DNA of 64,000 nt from Alphaproteobacteria bacterium (lineage in GTDB: Bacteria; Pseudomonadota; Alphaproteobacteria; JAAXGF01), in contig CAUVXB020000002.1 in NCBI GenBank assembly GCA_963555825.3, positions 1,504,001 to 1,568,000 on the forward strand, written 5' to 3'. Positions 1 through 10,402 of the stretch are shown here, in pieces (position 1 is the stretch's first letter; every line of letters starts with the position of its first letter). The notes under the pieces are model-generated. The model was not told where the DNA came from and searched no databases. It worked only from the letters and a program-made list of their open reading frames with translations. Position numbers and translations under genes: made by a program.

Positions 1-868
1 CACTGGGCGTGATCCCGATATAGCTTGCCACCTGTCGGCGATTGGCGAACTGGCGATAATAGACTTCCCGTGCGAGCGTCGTGGATAAGGCCGGGCCGAG
101 GCCCTTTAAGCGCAGCAGCTGGTGACGCTTGCTTTCCGTGGCCACACACGGTGTCGGCGCTTGATCACGCTCACGCTCGACCTCGACGATCTGCGCTTGG
201 ACCTGGGCCAGTCTCGCGATCTCCCGCGCGATCTCGCGGCCGAGACGGTCCGGCAGGGGTCGGCCGTCTCCGGTGACCAGCGCCGCCGGTGTCAAGGTCT
301 TGTAGCGCGCCTTGACATTGATGCCGCGAATGCCCTGACCGAATAGCAGACCCTTGATCCGGTTGATGTGGGCGGTTCGCTCGCGGACCAATCGGTCACG
401 TTCCCGATGAGAGCGGCGAAGGTCCTCCTCCGCGACGCTCGGAATCACCACCATGGAGCAGACATGACGCTCGCCGCGGCACCAGGCGATCAGCGTATGA
501 AGAATATTCTCGACATCGATGCGGTCGGTCTTCACCCGCCGCGCCCGGCGGTTGACCCGCAAGCTGGCCGGCTCCATGACCAGACACTCGATGCCGCGCT
601 GCTCGAGGAACCGCGCCAACCAGAAGCCGTCGTAGCCGGCCTCGTAGCACAGCGTTATCGTCGGCGTTCGACCCGTCACCTTGACCACCCGGTCCCGCGC
701 CGCGTCCAGCTTGGCCATCAGTCCTTCAGCGTCGCCGCCCTTGATCGGATGCAAGCTCGGATTGCCCCGCCCCGGAGCCTGGATCGCCAAAAGCCAGCTG
801 TTCTTGCTCAACTCCAGTGCCGCATAAATAGCGTGTTCATTGGAGGTCGATACCGGAAACTGTGCCAT
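1..868 (-). CDS. IS110-family transposase/recombinase, 3' end runs off the window
   Basis: Not in the ORF track. Manual translation from ATG 868 (RBS aggag): MAQFPVSTSNEHAIYAALELSKNSW...CYEAGYDGFWLAR...KTDRIDV...LKGLGP...ASYIGITPS, matching IS110 DEDD and C-terminal motifs; open to position 1. Confidence 0.85.
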   Translation of the reverse strand, partial: MAQFPVSTSNEHAIYAALELSKNSWLLAIQAPGRGNPSLHPIKGGDAEGLMAKLDAARDRVVKVTGRTPTITLCYEAGYDGFWLARFLEQRGIECLVMEPASLRVNRRARRVKTDRIDVENILHTLIAWCRGERHVCSMVVIPSVAEEDLRRSHRERDRLVRERTAHINRIKGLLFGQGIRGINVKARYKTLTPAALVTGDGRPLPDRLGREIAREIARLAQVQAQIVEVERERDQAPTPCVATESKRHQLLRLKGLGPALSTTLAREVYYRQFANRRQVASYIGITPS

Positions 869-1027
869 CGTGTCGCTCCTTCTGATCGAGGTTGAAATAA
901 TCGAAGGAGCTTGAGGCTGCGTCCTTCAGCCTCATAGCATCTTGTGATGCTGTGGACGGCTCCACCGCCGGCATCGCAATGTGCCATGGAGGTTGTTTGA
1001 TAACCGCCAATAGGGGAGCCGCCCAAG

Positions 1028-2047
1028 ATGGAAGTTACCACGATCGGTGTTGATCTTGCGAAGAACGTTTTCCAGGTCCACGGAGTTGACGATGAGGGAA
1101 CCGTGGTCGTCCGCCGTCAGTTGAGGCGGCGTCAGGTGCTGGCCTTCTTCGAGAAACAGCCGCCCTGCCTGGTTGGTATGGAGGCATGTGCGACCGCGCA
1201 TTACTGGGCGCGGGAGATCGCGGCGCTTGGGCATGAGGTCAAGCTGATGCCGCCGCGCTATGTGAAGCCCTACGTGAAGCGGAACAAGAATGACGCTGCC
1301 GATGCGGAGGCTATTTGCGAGGCCGTCACGCGCCCGACGATGCGCTTTGTCGCGGTGAAGAGCGTCGAGCAGCAGAGCGTTCTGATGCTGCACCGAACGC
1401 GCGAGCTTCTGGTCCGCCAGAGAACCATGCTGGTCAACGCTACGCGGGCGCACATGGCGGAGTTCGGGGTGGTGGCGCGAACCGGGTTGCCGCAGGTCAA
1501 GGAGCTGCTCGCGGTGATCAGCGATGAGGCGGATGAGCGCATTCCGCCCCTGGCGCGGACTTGCCTGGAAGGGCTGGCGCGGCAGTTGCTGTCGCTGGAG
1601 CGGGAGATCGTCGGCGCTGAGAGGCGTATCCACGCCTGGCACCGGACGAACGAAGAGAGCCTGCGTCTCGAAACCACACCCGGCATCGGACCGATCACGG
1701 CGAGCGCGCTGGCATCTTCGATTGCCAATCCGTCGATCTTCAAATCGGGCCGCTCAATGGCCGCTTGGATCGGGCTGGTGCCAAGACAGAACTCGACCGG
1801 TGGCAAGGAGCGCATGGGGCGGATCTCCAAGCAGGGCGATCAATACCTGCGCTGGCTGCTGGTCGCCGGCGCCATGACGGTCATCCGCCACGCCAAGCGA
1901 CGCGGCACGACCGATCCATGGCTTGCCAACATCATCGCCGACAAGCCGACCAAGGTCGCGGCCGTGGCGCTGGCCAACAAGAACGCCCGCATTGCCTGGG
2001 CGCTTCTGAGACATGGCGGAACCTATCGCAGGCCCGCGACGGCCTAG
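1028..2047 (+). CDS. IS110/IS1111 transposase
   Basis: IGVDLAK, GMEAC, KNDAADA, PGIGPIT, GLVPRQNSTGGK motifs. Confidence 0.95.
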   Translation: MEVTTIGVDLAKNVFQVHGVDDEGTVVVRRQLRRRQVLAFFEKQPPCLVGMEACATAHYWAREIAALGHEVKLMPPRYVKPYVKRNKNDAADAEAICEAVTRPTMRFVAVKSVEQQSVLMLHRTRELLVRQRTMLVNATRAHMAEFGVVARTGLPQVKELLAVISDEADERIPPLARTCLEGLARQLLSLEREIVGAERRIHAWHRTNEESLRLETTPGIGPITASALASSIANPSIFKSGRSMAAWIGLVPRQNSTGGKERMGRISKQGDQYLRWLLVAGAMTVIRHAKRRGTTDPWLANIIADKPTKVAAVALANKNARIAWALLRHGGTYRRPATA

Positions 2048-2287
2048 GCCGACGAAAACAAGGCGTTCACGAGTTTGGCGGAGTGTAAGTGACGTAATGC
2101 AAAATCGGTCGAACCGAGGATCGGGAAAACCCGCTATAGCCACGGCGCCTCGAGCGCGTGCTTATGACTGGGACCCGACCCCGCGGATCGCATTAGGGCC
2201 AGCGGCCATGTACGCCGCACCAAAAGGCCGGACACATGGCAGCACCCGACCAGCTTGCATCAACGTCACAAAATCTCTTGCCAACAG
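2048..2287 (+). ncRNA. Probable seekRNA/bridge-RNA-encoding region of the IS1111 element
   Basis: Position between transposase stop and right IR matches IS1111-group architecture; short matches to the element ends. RNA boundaries unknown. Confidence 0.55.
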
Positions 2288-2307
2288 GGAGCCGTCCACA
2301 CATGACC

Positions 2308-2469
2308 CAGGCTGTGTAAAAACCGCCCCCGAGCGCTATTGGCACGATTTTCTCTAACTTCTCGAATTTCTAAACTCAACAAAATCAACATCTTATCAGA
2401 GGGCACTTTAGAAGAATTGACCGAGCACTCTCCTTTTAGTGGTATTTTCCGACGTTTTTACACAGCCTG
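2308..2469. mobile_element. MITE with IS1182-type ends
   Basis: Perfect IR caggctgtgtaaaaac / gtttttacacagcctg, 1 mismatch from the neighbouring IS1182 left end; AT-rich interior with no transposase. Confidence 0.8.
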
Positions 2470-2889
2470 GACGCGGAGCGGTCATTGGCTAGGCGGCCGC
2501 CGCACTGCGCGAGATGCTCTTAACCTGGGCCGCGCAACGCGGGCACAGCCGGTGCCCGGGATGGTCGCTGAGAAACTTAGTGTTGCCCAGGCAGTTCGGT
2601 CCTAAGCAAGCGCGCATCTTGCGCTGCCTGAAATCCGGCTCGGGCTTGGCACTGGTCATCATCTAGCCTGGATTAATATGAGTGGACATGTCCCTGGGGT
2701 GTGTTCCCCACGCTTTCGGCAAACATAGCATAGATTGCGGGTGGGGTGGGGGGGCGGGCACACTGATTGTCCAGTTACCGCTCAAAAGCGGACGCCCAGC
2801 GTGTGAGCCGCCGATGTCTGGTTTTGATCCAGACTGTGTAAAAACGTCGATGGTGTTATGATTCTCTCGTGCTTTGGCGGGAGGGTCTG

Positions 2890-4332
2890 ATGAAGCGTTT
2901 TGTCGAGGGTGTCGATCGCAGCCAGGGCACGTTGTTTCCGGAGCGCCTGGAAGACTGGATCGGCGACGACAACCCGGTTCGGGCGATCGACGTCTTCGTC
3001 GATGAGCTCGATCTTGGCGGCCTCGGGTTCGACCGGGTCGAGCCGCTGGCGACCGGCAGGCCGGCCTATCATCCTTGCGATTTGTTGAAGCTCTACATCT
3101 ACGGCTATCTCAACCGGGTTCAGTCGAGCCGTCGGCTCGAGAGGGAGGCCGGGCGCAATGTGGAAGTGATGTGGCTGGTCGGCCGGCTGGCGCCGGATCA
3201 CAAGACGATCGCCGACTTCCGCAAGGACAACGGCCGTGCGATCCGCAAGGTCTGCGCCCGGTTCGTCGCGCTGTGCCGGCAACTCGGGCTGTTCGCCGAG
3301 GCGAGCGTGGTGATCGATGGCTCGAAGTTCAAGGCGGTCAACAGCCGGGACAGGAACTTCACGCGGGCCAAGATGGCGCGGCGGGTGGCGCAGATCGAGG
3401 AGAGCGTTGCGCGCTATCTGGACCAGTTGGACAGCGCCGACCGGCAAGAGCCGTCGCTGGCGCGCACGACCAAGACGACTCGTCTGGCCGACAAGATCGC
3501 GATCCTCAAGGAGGAGATGCGGCGCCTGAAGGCGCTTGAAGTCGAGCGGCGTGCGAGCCCGGACCAGCAGATCTCTCTGAGCGATCCCGATGCCCGCTCG
3601 ATGGCGACGAGCGGCCGGGGTTCCGGCGTGGTCGGCTACAACGTTCAGGCCGCCGTCGACACCAAGCACCACCTGATCGTCGCCCACGAGGTGACCAATC
3701 AGGGCACCGACCGCGCCCAGCTCTCAGCCATGGCGAAGCGGACCAAGGCGGCTCTGGAGACCGACGAGTTGGATGTCGTTGCCGATCGCGGCTACTACAA
3801 CGGCAAGGAGATTCTGGCCTGCGATGAGGCCGGCATCACCGTCACATTGCCTAAGCCGCTGACCTCTGGAGCCAAGGCCAAGGGCCGCTTCGGCAAACAG
3901 GACTTCGTCTATCTGGCCGCCGACGATGTCTATCGCTGCCCGGCCGGCGAGCGTTTGGTCTACCGCTTCACCAGCCAGGAGAGGGGGCTGAGCATGCGGC
4001 GCTACTGGACCAACGCCTGTCAGGGATGCGCCATCAAGCATCGCTGCACCACGGCCAAGCAGCGCCGCATCACCCGCTGGCAGCACGAGCATGTTCTCGA
4101 GGCCGTCGAGAGGCGGCTCGACGAGCACCCGGAGGCGATGCGTCGGCGGCGCGAGACGGCCGAGCATCCCTTCGGCACCATCAAGTCCTGGATGGGCGCG
4201 ACGCATTTCCAGACGAAGACGCTGAAACGGGTGAGGACCGAGATGGCCCTGCACGTGCTGGCCTACAATCTCAAGCGCGTCATGAACATCACGGGCATCG
4301 ACCCGCTGATCGCGGCGATGAGGACCGCATAG
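2890..4332 (+). CDS. IS1182-family transposase
   Basis: GRPAYHP, SSRRLERE, PDHKTIADFR, IDGSK, GYNVQAAVD, ADRGY, EHPFGTIK motifs. Confidence 0.95.
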   Translation: MKRFVEGVDRSQGTLFPERLEDWIGDDNPVRAIDVFVDELDLGGLGFDRVEPLATGRPAYHPCDLLKLYIYGYLNRVQSSRRLEREAGRNVEVMWLVGRLAPDHKTIADFRKDNGRAIRKVCARFVALCRQLGLFAEASVVIDGSKFKAVNSRDRNFTRAKMARRVAQIEESVARYLDQLDSADRQEPSLARTTKTTRLADKIAILKEEMRRLKALEVERRASPDQQISLSDPDARSMATSGRGSGVVGYNVQAAVDTKHHLIVAHEVTNQGTDRAQLSAMAKRTKAALETDELDVVADRGYYNGKEILACDEAGITVTLPKPLTSGAKAKGRFGKQDFVYLAADDVYRCPAGERLVYRFTSQERGLSMRRYWTNACQGCAIKHRCTTAKQRRITRWQHEHVLEAVERRLDEHPEAMRRRRETAEHPFGTIKSWMGATHFQTKTLKRVRTEMALHVLAYNLKRVMNITGIDPLIAAMRTA

Positions 4333-4703
4333 GCCTCTCTGCGCCGCAAATTGCGCCCATATCCGGCCAAATCGCAGCTCACACCGGCGCCAGCCGGCCG
4401 ACAGGTCCGCACGAGTGGCGAAAATCCTTAATCCCGGAATACCCGCCGCGACGGATCATCGAAGCCAAAGACGCGCCGTACAGATCACGCAGCAAACGTT
4501 CTTATACCAGTGAGCGCCTGAATTGACTCTCGGGATATTCATTGATGGCGGATGATGGCGGATTGTGATTCTATGGTCTCCCACCAGATGTGGGGGATGT
4601 CATGGGATCAGCACTCAAGATACGGGATGATTTGACGCCTTTGGAGCTTCGGCGCTGGGCTCGCGTGGAATCGTACGGTCGAGCGGCGGCGCGGGCCTAT
4701 GGG

Positions 4704-6078
4704 GAGCTATTGTCAAAAGTTGTGTATGGGCTGATCATGCGGCGGCGCGATCCTGGCGTTCTCCATCTACGAATTTGACGCCGCGAATGATCTCGGCGAG
4801 ATGGTTCGATCCATCGAGTTTTCTCCATTTTCTCTGAGCGCACTGGCATAGTTTGAAGACCATGGCCATCGCCGTCTTGCGCGACAGGCAGCCCTTGGTC
4901 CGGTAGGTGCGCAGACGAACCGTGGCGAACGTGCTCTCGATGGGGTTGGTCGTGCGTACATGCTTCCAGTGCTCGGCGGGGAAGTCGTAGAACGTCAGCA
5001 GGACGTCGCGGTCCTTGGCCAGGCAGGCCGCGGCCTTGTCGTACTTCGGCCCGTAGGCTTCCAGGAAGAAGTCGAAGGCGCTCTCGGCATCCTTCCTGGT
5101 TTCGGCCATCCAGATGTCTTGCAGGCGCCCCTTGGCTTTCTTTTGCAGACCCTTGGGCAGCTTGTTCAAGACGTTGCCCGTCTTGTGAACCCAGCAGCGT
5201 TGCTCGCGGGCGCCTGGGTAGACTTGGCGGAGCGCCTTCCAGAAGCCGAGCGCGCCGTCGCCGAGCGCCAGTTGCGGACCCATTTCAAGGCCGCGCCGCT
5301 TGAGATCGAGCAGAACTTCGAGCCAGGACTGCTCACTTTCGCGATAGCCGTCGGCGATGGCGATCAGTTCCTTCTGTCCCTTGTCCGTGGCCCCGACGAT
5401 CACCAGGATGCACTGCTTCTCTTCCTCCATGCGGGCGCTGAAATAGATGCCGTCCACCCAGAAATAGACGTAGCGCTTGGCCGTGAGGTCGCGCCGTTGC
5501 CAGCGCTCCGCCTCAACCCCCCAGACCTCTTTCAGCCGGGTGATCGTGGAGGCCGAAAGCCCCGGCGCGGAGCTCCCCAGGAGCGCCGCCAAGGCTTCCC
5601 CGAAGTCGCCGGTGGAAATGCCCTTCAGATACAGCCATGGCAAAAGGTCTTCCAGGCTCTTGGCGCGGCGCAGATAGCGCGGCAGGATCGCCGACGTGAA
5701 GCGGATGGCGCCGTCCCCCCGGTCCCGCACACGGGGTTGGCGCACGCTCACCGGGCCGATCCCGGTCTGGATGAAGCGTTCCGGCAGATATCCATTGCGG
5801 ACAACCCGGCGGCGGCCGGCGGCGTCAACAAGCGCCGCATGGCTACCCAAAAACACGGAGACCTCGGCCTCAACGGCTTGGGCCAACAACTCGCGAGCTC
5901 CAGCTTGTAGGACTTCCGTCAACGGATCTTTCTGAAAATCAGATGGGTTTTGAAAAGCAACAACGGTATTCTCTTTCATGGCGTATCCTTCCTTGGCTTA
6001 GCTCAAGTGGTGACATCAACAATCACCAGGATACGCCGCCTTCATTTCAACGCCGTACACAAGATTCGGTTATAGCTC
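4704..6078 (-). mobile_element. IS256-family IS copy 1
   Basis: Ends gagctat.../...atagctc; 9-bp TSD gcctatggg (4695-4703, 6079-6087). Confidence 0.95.
4735..5979 (-). CDS. IS256 (mutator-type) transposase
   Basis: RNGY, LYLKGISTGD, WVDGIY, GDGALGFW, QRCWVHK, RTTNPIES motifs. Confidence 0.95.
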   Translation of the reverse strand: MKENTVVAFQNPSDFQKDPLTEVLQAGARELLAQAVEAEVSVFLGSHAALVDAAGRRRVVRNGYLPERFIQTGIGPVSVRQPRVRDRGDGAIRFTSAILPRYLRRAKSLEDLLPWLYLKGISTGDFGEALAALLGSSAPGLSASTITRLKEVWGVEAERWQRRDLTAKRYVYFWVDGIYFSARMEEEKQCILVIVGATDKGQKELIAIADGYRESEQSWLEVLLDLKRRGLEMGPQLALGDGALGFWKALRQVYPGAREQRCWVHKTGNVLNKLPKGLQKKAKGRLQDIWMAETRKDAESAFDFFLEAYGPKYDKAAACLAKDRDVLLTFYDFPAEHWKHVRTTNPIESTFATVRLRTYRTKGCLSRKTAMAMVFKLCQCAQRKWRKLDGSNHLAEIIRGVKFVDGERQDRAAA

Positions 6079-6884
6079 GCCTATGGGATCGCGAATGCTT
6101 TGGAGGAGATGCCCCGGGCTGATGCCGCGCGGCTTGCGGGGATGGATCGCCAAACGCTTCGCGACGCGGTTGTTCGTTACAATGCAAAGGGATTGGAGGG
6201 GCTTCACGACCGTCCAAAGGGCTACTCGCCGCGGCGGCTGACGGCAGACGAGGAAGCGGCGCTGGCGGCGGTCATCATCGCCGGGCCGGAGCCTGAGCGC
6301 GACGGGGTTTGCGCCTGGACCCGGGCCGATCTGTGCCGCTGGCTGGAGGAGCGCTTCGCCAAGACCTACCACCCCTCGAGCATGACCCGGGTTCTACGGC
6401 GGATGGGATTTTCCCGCCAGAAGGCGCGCCCGAGCCACCCGCGAAGGGACGCCGAAGCGCAGGAGCGCTTCAAAAAAGGGGGCTTCGCGACATCCTGAAG
6501 GCGACCGCCGCGGCGCATCCCGACAAGCGCCTACAGCTGTGGTTTCAGGATGAAGCGCGCGTCGGCAACAAGGGCCGGGTGTGTCACCGGTGGTGGCGCA
6601 GGGGCGAGCGTGCCCCCGGGACGCGTCAAATCGGCTACCAGTGGGCCTACATCTTCTCCGCCGTGCGCCCGGACACCGGCGACGACGTCACCCTGGTGAT
6701 GCCGAGCGTCAACGCCAAGGTCATGGACCTGTTTCTCGCACACTTCGCCGATACCCTGGACGTAAGCGTTCGTTCAGGCCGTGGAATGGGTCCCGTCAAG
6801 CGCATCTCCCACGTTGAGGCGAGGCCCCACAAGGTGCTGTCTTTCTGCTGGTAACGCGATTTGCCATGCGCTATCGTCGTGCGC

Positions 6885-9524
6885 ATGGTGGTTCTGGACG
6901 AGGATTTTGGCACCAACCTGACGCTGGTCGAGGGTAATGGCGGGGTCCGGTTGTCCCCCGTGTCGGTGCCGGAGCACGCGCCGCGCGACTGGCGGTCACA
7001 GTGTGAGCGGGAACGGGCGCGGGCGGACGCGGCCGAAGCGCGCGCGGAAGAGCTGCGCTGGGCGGAAGTGGCCGCCCGCAGCGATGGCGGTTCGTGGAAG
7101 TCTCGGTTCAAGGCCTGCCGGCGCAGGCTGAGTGAGGCCGTCGAAGAGACGAAGGAAGCCCGCCGCACGGCAAGGGACGTGCCGTCCTTGCAGGCGGAAG
7201 TGGCGCGCCTGGAGACGCTCCTTTCTGAAGCCGGCATCGCGTCGGCCTTCGATACGGCCGGGGCGCTGCGCAAGGAGAACGCCCGGCTGCGCAAGGCCCT
7301 GGCGGCATCGAAGGCCCGTGAGGGCGCGACCGGGCCGTGGCCCGCTCCGCCCCGGCGGCGCACCGTCCTGGAGCCTTCCCCGGACCAGAAGGAGACCGTC
7401 AGGTCGCTTCGCACGGAACTCCGCCGGCTCGACAAGGAGGTGGTCCGGCGGGACAAGGAGAACGCCCGGCTGAACACGCGCCTCGACCAGGAGAAGGAGA
7501 GGACGGAGCGCATCAGGGAGACCGCGAAGAAGCTGTCCAGCGAGTCCCTTCGGCTCCACCGGGAGGTGAGGATACTGGGCGACGCCGAGGCCCGCGCCCG
7601 GTCGCTGTCCGACGAGGTTTTCTGGCTGCGCCATGCCCTGGAGGTGTCCAAAGCCGGTAAGGAGAAGTTGAAGGCCCGGCTCGCCAAGCTTCGGGCGGCC
7701 GGGGCGATGCTGTCGAAGCTGCCGTCCGACGAGGCTGCTCAACTGCGCGCGGCGTTGAGGCGGTCGCGGCGTCAGAAGACGACGATCGAGGCGCTGCGCA
7801 AGGGCAACGCCCGTCTGCGCAGGACCATGCGGGAGTTGGAGACCCGGAAAGCGGCGCTGGCGGTTCAGCCTGCCAAGCTTCGCGCGATCAGGAAGGCACT
7901 CGAGTCCGAGCTTGCCGGGCTTCGGGCGGTCAGGAAGACGTTGTCGAAGTCGCTGTCCGTTGCAGACGCCGATCTCCGCAGGGCTCTGCGAAGGTCGCGG
8001 CGCCAGAAGGCTACGATCAAGTCGCTGTCCCGGGAGAACGCCCGCCTGCGCAAGGGCGCGAAGACGTCGCGGAACCGGATCGAGACGCTGGAAGTCCAGC
8101 TTGAGAGGCTTCGTGCGACCGGGGCGGTGCTGTCGAGGGCGCTCTACGGCCGCAAGAGCGAGCAGCAGGACAAGCCGGGCTCGGAACACAAGCGCGGCCA
8201 GCAGCGCGGCGCGCCCGGCCACGGCCGCACCCAGCGGCCCGGGCTCGATGAGCGCACCGAAGAGCACAACCCGCCGCCGGATGCGTGCGTCTGCGGCCGG
8301 TGCGGGCAGCCCTATGCGCCGAACGGCGCCGAGGAATCCACCCTCGTCGAGATCGAGGTCAAGGCCTACAAGCGCGTGATCCGCCGTCCGCGCTGGCGCC
8401 GGACCTGCGAGTGCGCGTCGTCGCCCATGGAAGTGTCGGCGCCCCCGGTGCCGCGGCTGTTCCCCAGGACGCTCTACGGGACCAGCTTCTGGGCACGCTT
8501 CCTGTTCGAGCACTGTGCCTGCTTCCGCCCCGTGCACCGCGTTGCCGCGTGGATGTCCGCCCAAGGGCTGACGGTCTCGCCGGGGACGCTGGCCGACAGC
8601 CTGAAGCGGTTCGTGCCGCTGCTCGAGCCGCTGGCCGAGGCGATCCTTGCGCACCAGAACAAGGCGGCGCTGCGCCATGCCGACGAGACCAGCTGGCGCG
8701 TCCAGGAACTTCGCGGGGAAGACCGCTCGAGCCGCGCCTGGCTGTGGGTCTCGGTCAGCAATGACGCGGTCTCTTTCCATATCGACCCCTCGCGCAGCGC
8801 CGAGGCGGCGCAGAAGCTGTTCGGCGACGCTCTCCTCGACACGGTCATCGTCTGCGATCGCTATAGCGCCTACAAGCGACTCGCTCGCCTTCGCGAGGGC
8901 AAAGTGACCCTTGCATTCTGTTGGTCCCATATGCGCCGCGATTTTGTCGAGTGCGCGGCCGGCCAGGTGAGACTGACGGACTGGTGCCAGGGATGGATCG
9001 AGCGGATCGCGTCGGTCTACCGCCTGAACGAGGCGAGGTTGGCTCATTACGACCCCGTGATCAAGCGCCAGACGCCGGCGTTCGACGCGGCGCAGGGCGC
9101 GTTGAAGGCGGCGCTCGACGGCCTGTTCGCGGAGGCCGCCCGGGAGTTGGCCGGCCTGCCGGACCAGGCGCGCCAGGGCAGGGCGCTGCGCTCGCTGCTG
9201 AACCATCGCGAAGGGCTGAGCGTGTTCGTCGACCGCCCGCAGGTGCCTCTGGATAACAATCGCGCCGAAAGATTGTTACGAGGTCCGGCCATAGGGCGAC
9301 GGCTGTCGTTCGGTTCCGACAGCGAGGACGGCGCCAGGTTCACGGCGATCATGTACTCGGTGGTGGGCACGCTCTCGATGAATGGCATCGACATCCTGAG
9401 CTGGCTGGACACGTGGCTCGCAGCGTGCGCGGAGAACGATCGCAAACCGCCGGACGACCTGTCGCCGTGGCTGCCATGGTCGATGAGCGAGGAGCGCAGG
9501 CGCGAACTCATGGCGCCGGCGTGA
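6885..9524 (+). CDS. IS66 TnpC transposase with long N-terminal repetitive coiled-coil extension
   Basis: YGRKSE, zinc finger CGRCG, HADETSW, VCDRYSAY, CWSHMRR, DNNRAERLLR; about 410 aa of K/R/E/L-rich sequence precedes the usual TnpC start. Start codon uncertain (6861 TTG or 6885 ATG). Confidence 0.9.
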   Translation: MVVLDEDFGTNLTLVEGNGGVRLSPVSVPEHAPRDWRSQCERERARADAAEARAEELRWAEVAARSDGGSWKSRFKACRRRLSEAVEETKEARRTARDVPSLQAEVARLETLLSEAGIASAFDTAGALRKENARLRKALAASKAREGATGPWPAPPRRRTVLEPSPDQKETVRSLRTELRRLDKEVVRRDKENARLNTRLDQEKERTERIRETAKKLSSESLRLHREVRILGDAEARARSLSDEVFWLRHALEVSKAGKEKLKARLAKLRAAGAMLSKLPSDEAAQLRAALRRSRRQKTTIEALRKGNARLRRTMRELETRKAALAVQPAKLRAIRKALESELAGLRAVRKTLSKSLSVADADLRRALRRSRRQKATIKSLSRENARLRKGAKTSRNRIETLEVQLERLRATGAVLSRALYGRKSEQQDKPGSEHKRGQQRGAPGHGRTQRPGLDERTEEHNPPPDACVCGRCGQPYAPNGAEESTLVEIEVKAYKRVIRRPRWRRTCECASSPMEVSAPPVPRLFPRTLYGTSFWARFLFEHCACFRPVHRVAAWMSAQGLTVSPGTLADSLKRFVPLLEPLAEAILAHQNKAALRHADETSWRVQELRGEDRSSRAWLWVSVSNDAVSFHIDPSRSAEAAQKLFGDALLDTVIVCDRYSAYKRLARLREGKVTLAFCWSHMRRDFVECAAGQVRLTDWCQGWIERIASVYRLNEARLAHYDPVIKRQTPAFDAAQGALKAALDGLFAEAARELAGLPDQARQGRALRSLLNHREGLSVFVDRPQVPLDNNRAERLLRGPAIGRRLSFGSDSEDGARFTAIMYSVVGTLSMNGIDILSWLDTWLAACAENDRKPPDDLSPWLPWSMSEERRRELMAPA

Positions 9525-10402
9525 CCGGCGCGATCGAGTGCCGTTATTACGGCCGCGACTTCACCGCCGGGGAAATGGCGCTGCTGCGCGCGCTGATCGC
9601 CGGGCCGCCGCCGTTGAACCGCCATATGCTGTCGAAGGAGTTCTGCCGGCGCATCGGCTGGTTCAAGCCCGACGGCGGCCTCAAGGACATGATGGCCAGG
9701 GTCGCCATGCTGGCCATGCACAGGGACGGCCTGATCGCCCTGCCGGCGCCGCAGGGACGGCAGAACCGGCCCGGGCCGATCGTCTTCGGGCCGGACACCG
9801 AAGCGCCGCTGTTCCCGGCCCCGACGACCCTCGACAAGGTCCGCCCGCTCGACCTGCGCCCCGTCGTGCGCGGCACCCGGGAGAGCAAGCTCTGGAACGA
9901 GTTCGTCGCCCGCTACCACTATCTCGGATACAAGACCCTGGTCGGCGCCCAGATGCGCTACGCCGTCCACGACCGCGACGGCTGGCCGCTCGCCATGCTC
10001 GGCTTCTCCACCGCCGCGTGGAAGCTCGCCCCGCGCGACAACTTCATCGGATGGACACGGCAGACGCGCGAGAAGAACCTTCCCTTCGTGGTCGACAACC
10101 CGAGATTCCTGATCCTGCCCTGGATCAATATCCCCAACCTGGGTTCGCACATCCTGGCCATCATCCGCCGGCGCCTGCCCGATGACTGGACCGAGCGCTA
10201 CAACACCACGCCCGTGCTCATCGAGACCTTCGTCGAGACCCCGCGCTACACCGGCGCCGTTTACAGGGCCTCCGGCTGGACCCGCGTCGGGACCACCCAG
10301 GGGCGCGGGCGCTACGACCGGGACAGGCAGTCCGACAAGCCTAAAAAGGATGTCTGGCTCCGGCCCCTGCGACGGGATTGGAAACGCACCCTCAATCGCT
10401 AA
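9521..10402 (+). CDS. DUF4338 (Druantia DruA-related) protein
   Basis: LWNEFVARYHYLGY, GAQMRY, AWKLAPRDNFIGW, RFLILPW, ETFVE, GAVYRASGW, TQGRGR; GTGA overlap with the tnpC stop. Confidence 0.85.
   Translation: MTGAIECRYYGRDFTAGEMALLRALIAGPPPLNRHMLSKEFCRRIGWFKPDGGLKDMMARVAMLAMHRDGLIALPAPQGRQNRPGPIVFGPDTEAPLFPAPTTLDKVRPLDLRPVVRGTRESKLWNEFVARYHYLGYKTLVGAQMRYAVHDRDGWPLAMLGFSTAAWKLAPRDNFIGWTRQTREKNLPFVVDNPRFLILPWINIPNLGSHILAIIRRRLPDDWTERYNTTPVLIETFVETPRYTGAVYRASGWTRVGTTQGRGRYDRDRQSDKPKKDVWLRPLRRDWKRTLNR

Larger units (their letters stand above)
944..2303 (+). mobile_element. IS1111-group (IS110 family) insertion sequence
   Basis: Perfect 13-bp sub-terminal IRs tgtggacggctcc (951-963) and ggagccgtccaca (2288-2300); 240-nt non-coding region after the transposase. 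Exact outer ends are inferred from the usual IS1111 offsets. Confidence 0.85.

Noticed and set aside
9521-10402. Complete Druantia defence system
   Set aside because: No DruE helicase or other dru genes; the gene lies inside IS ends.
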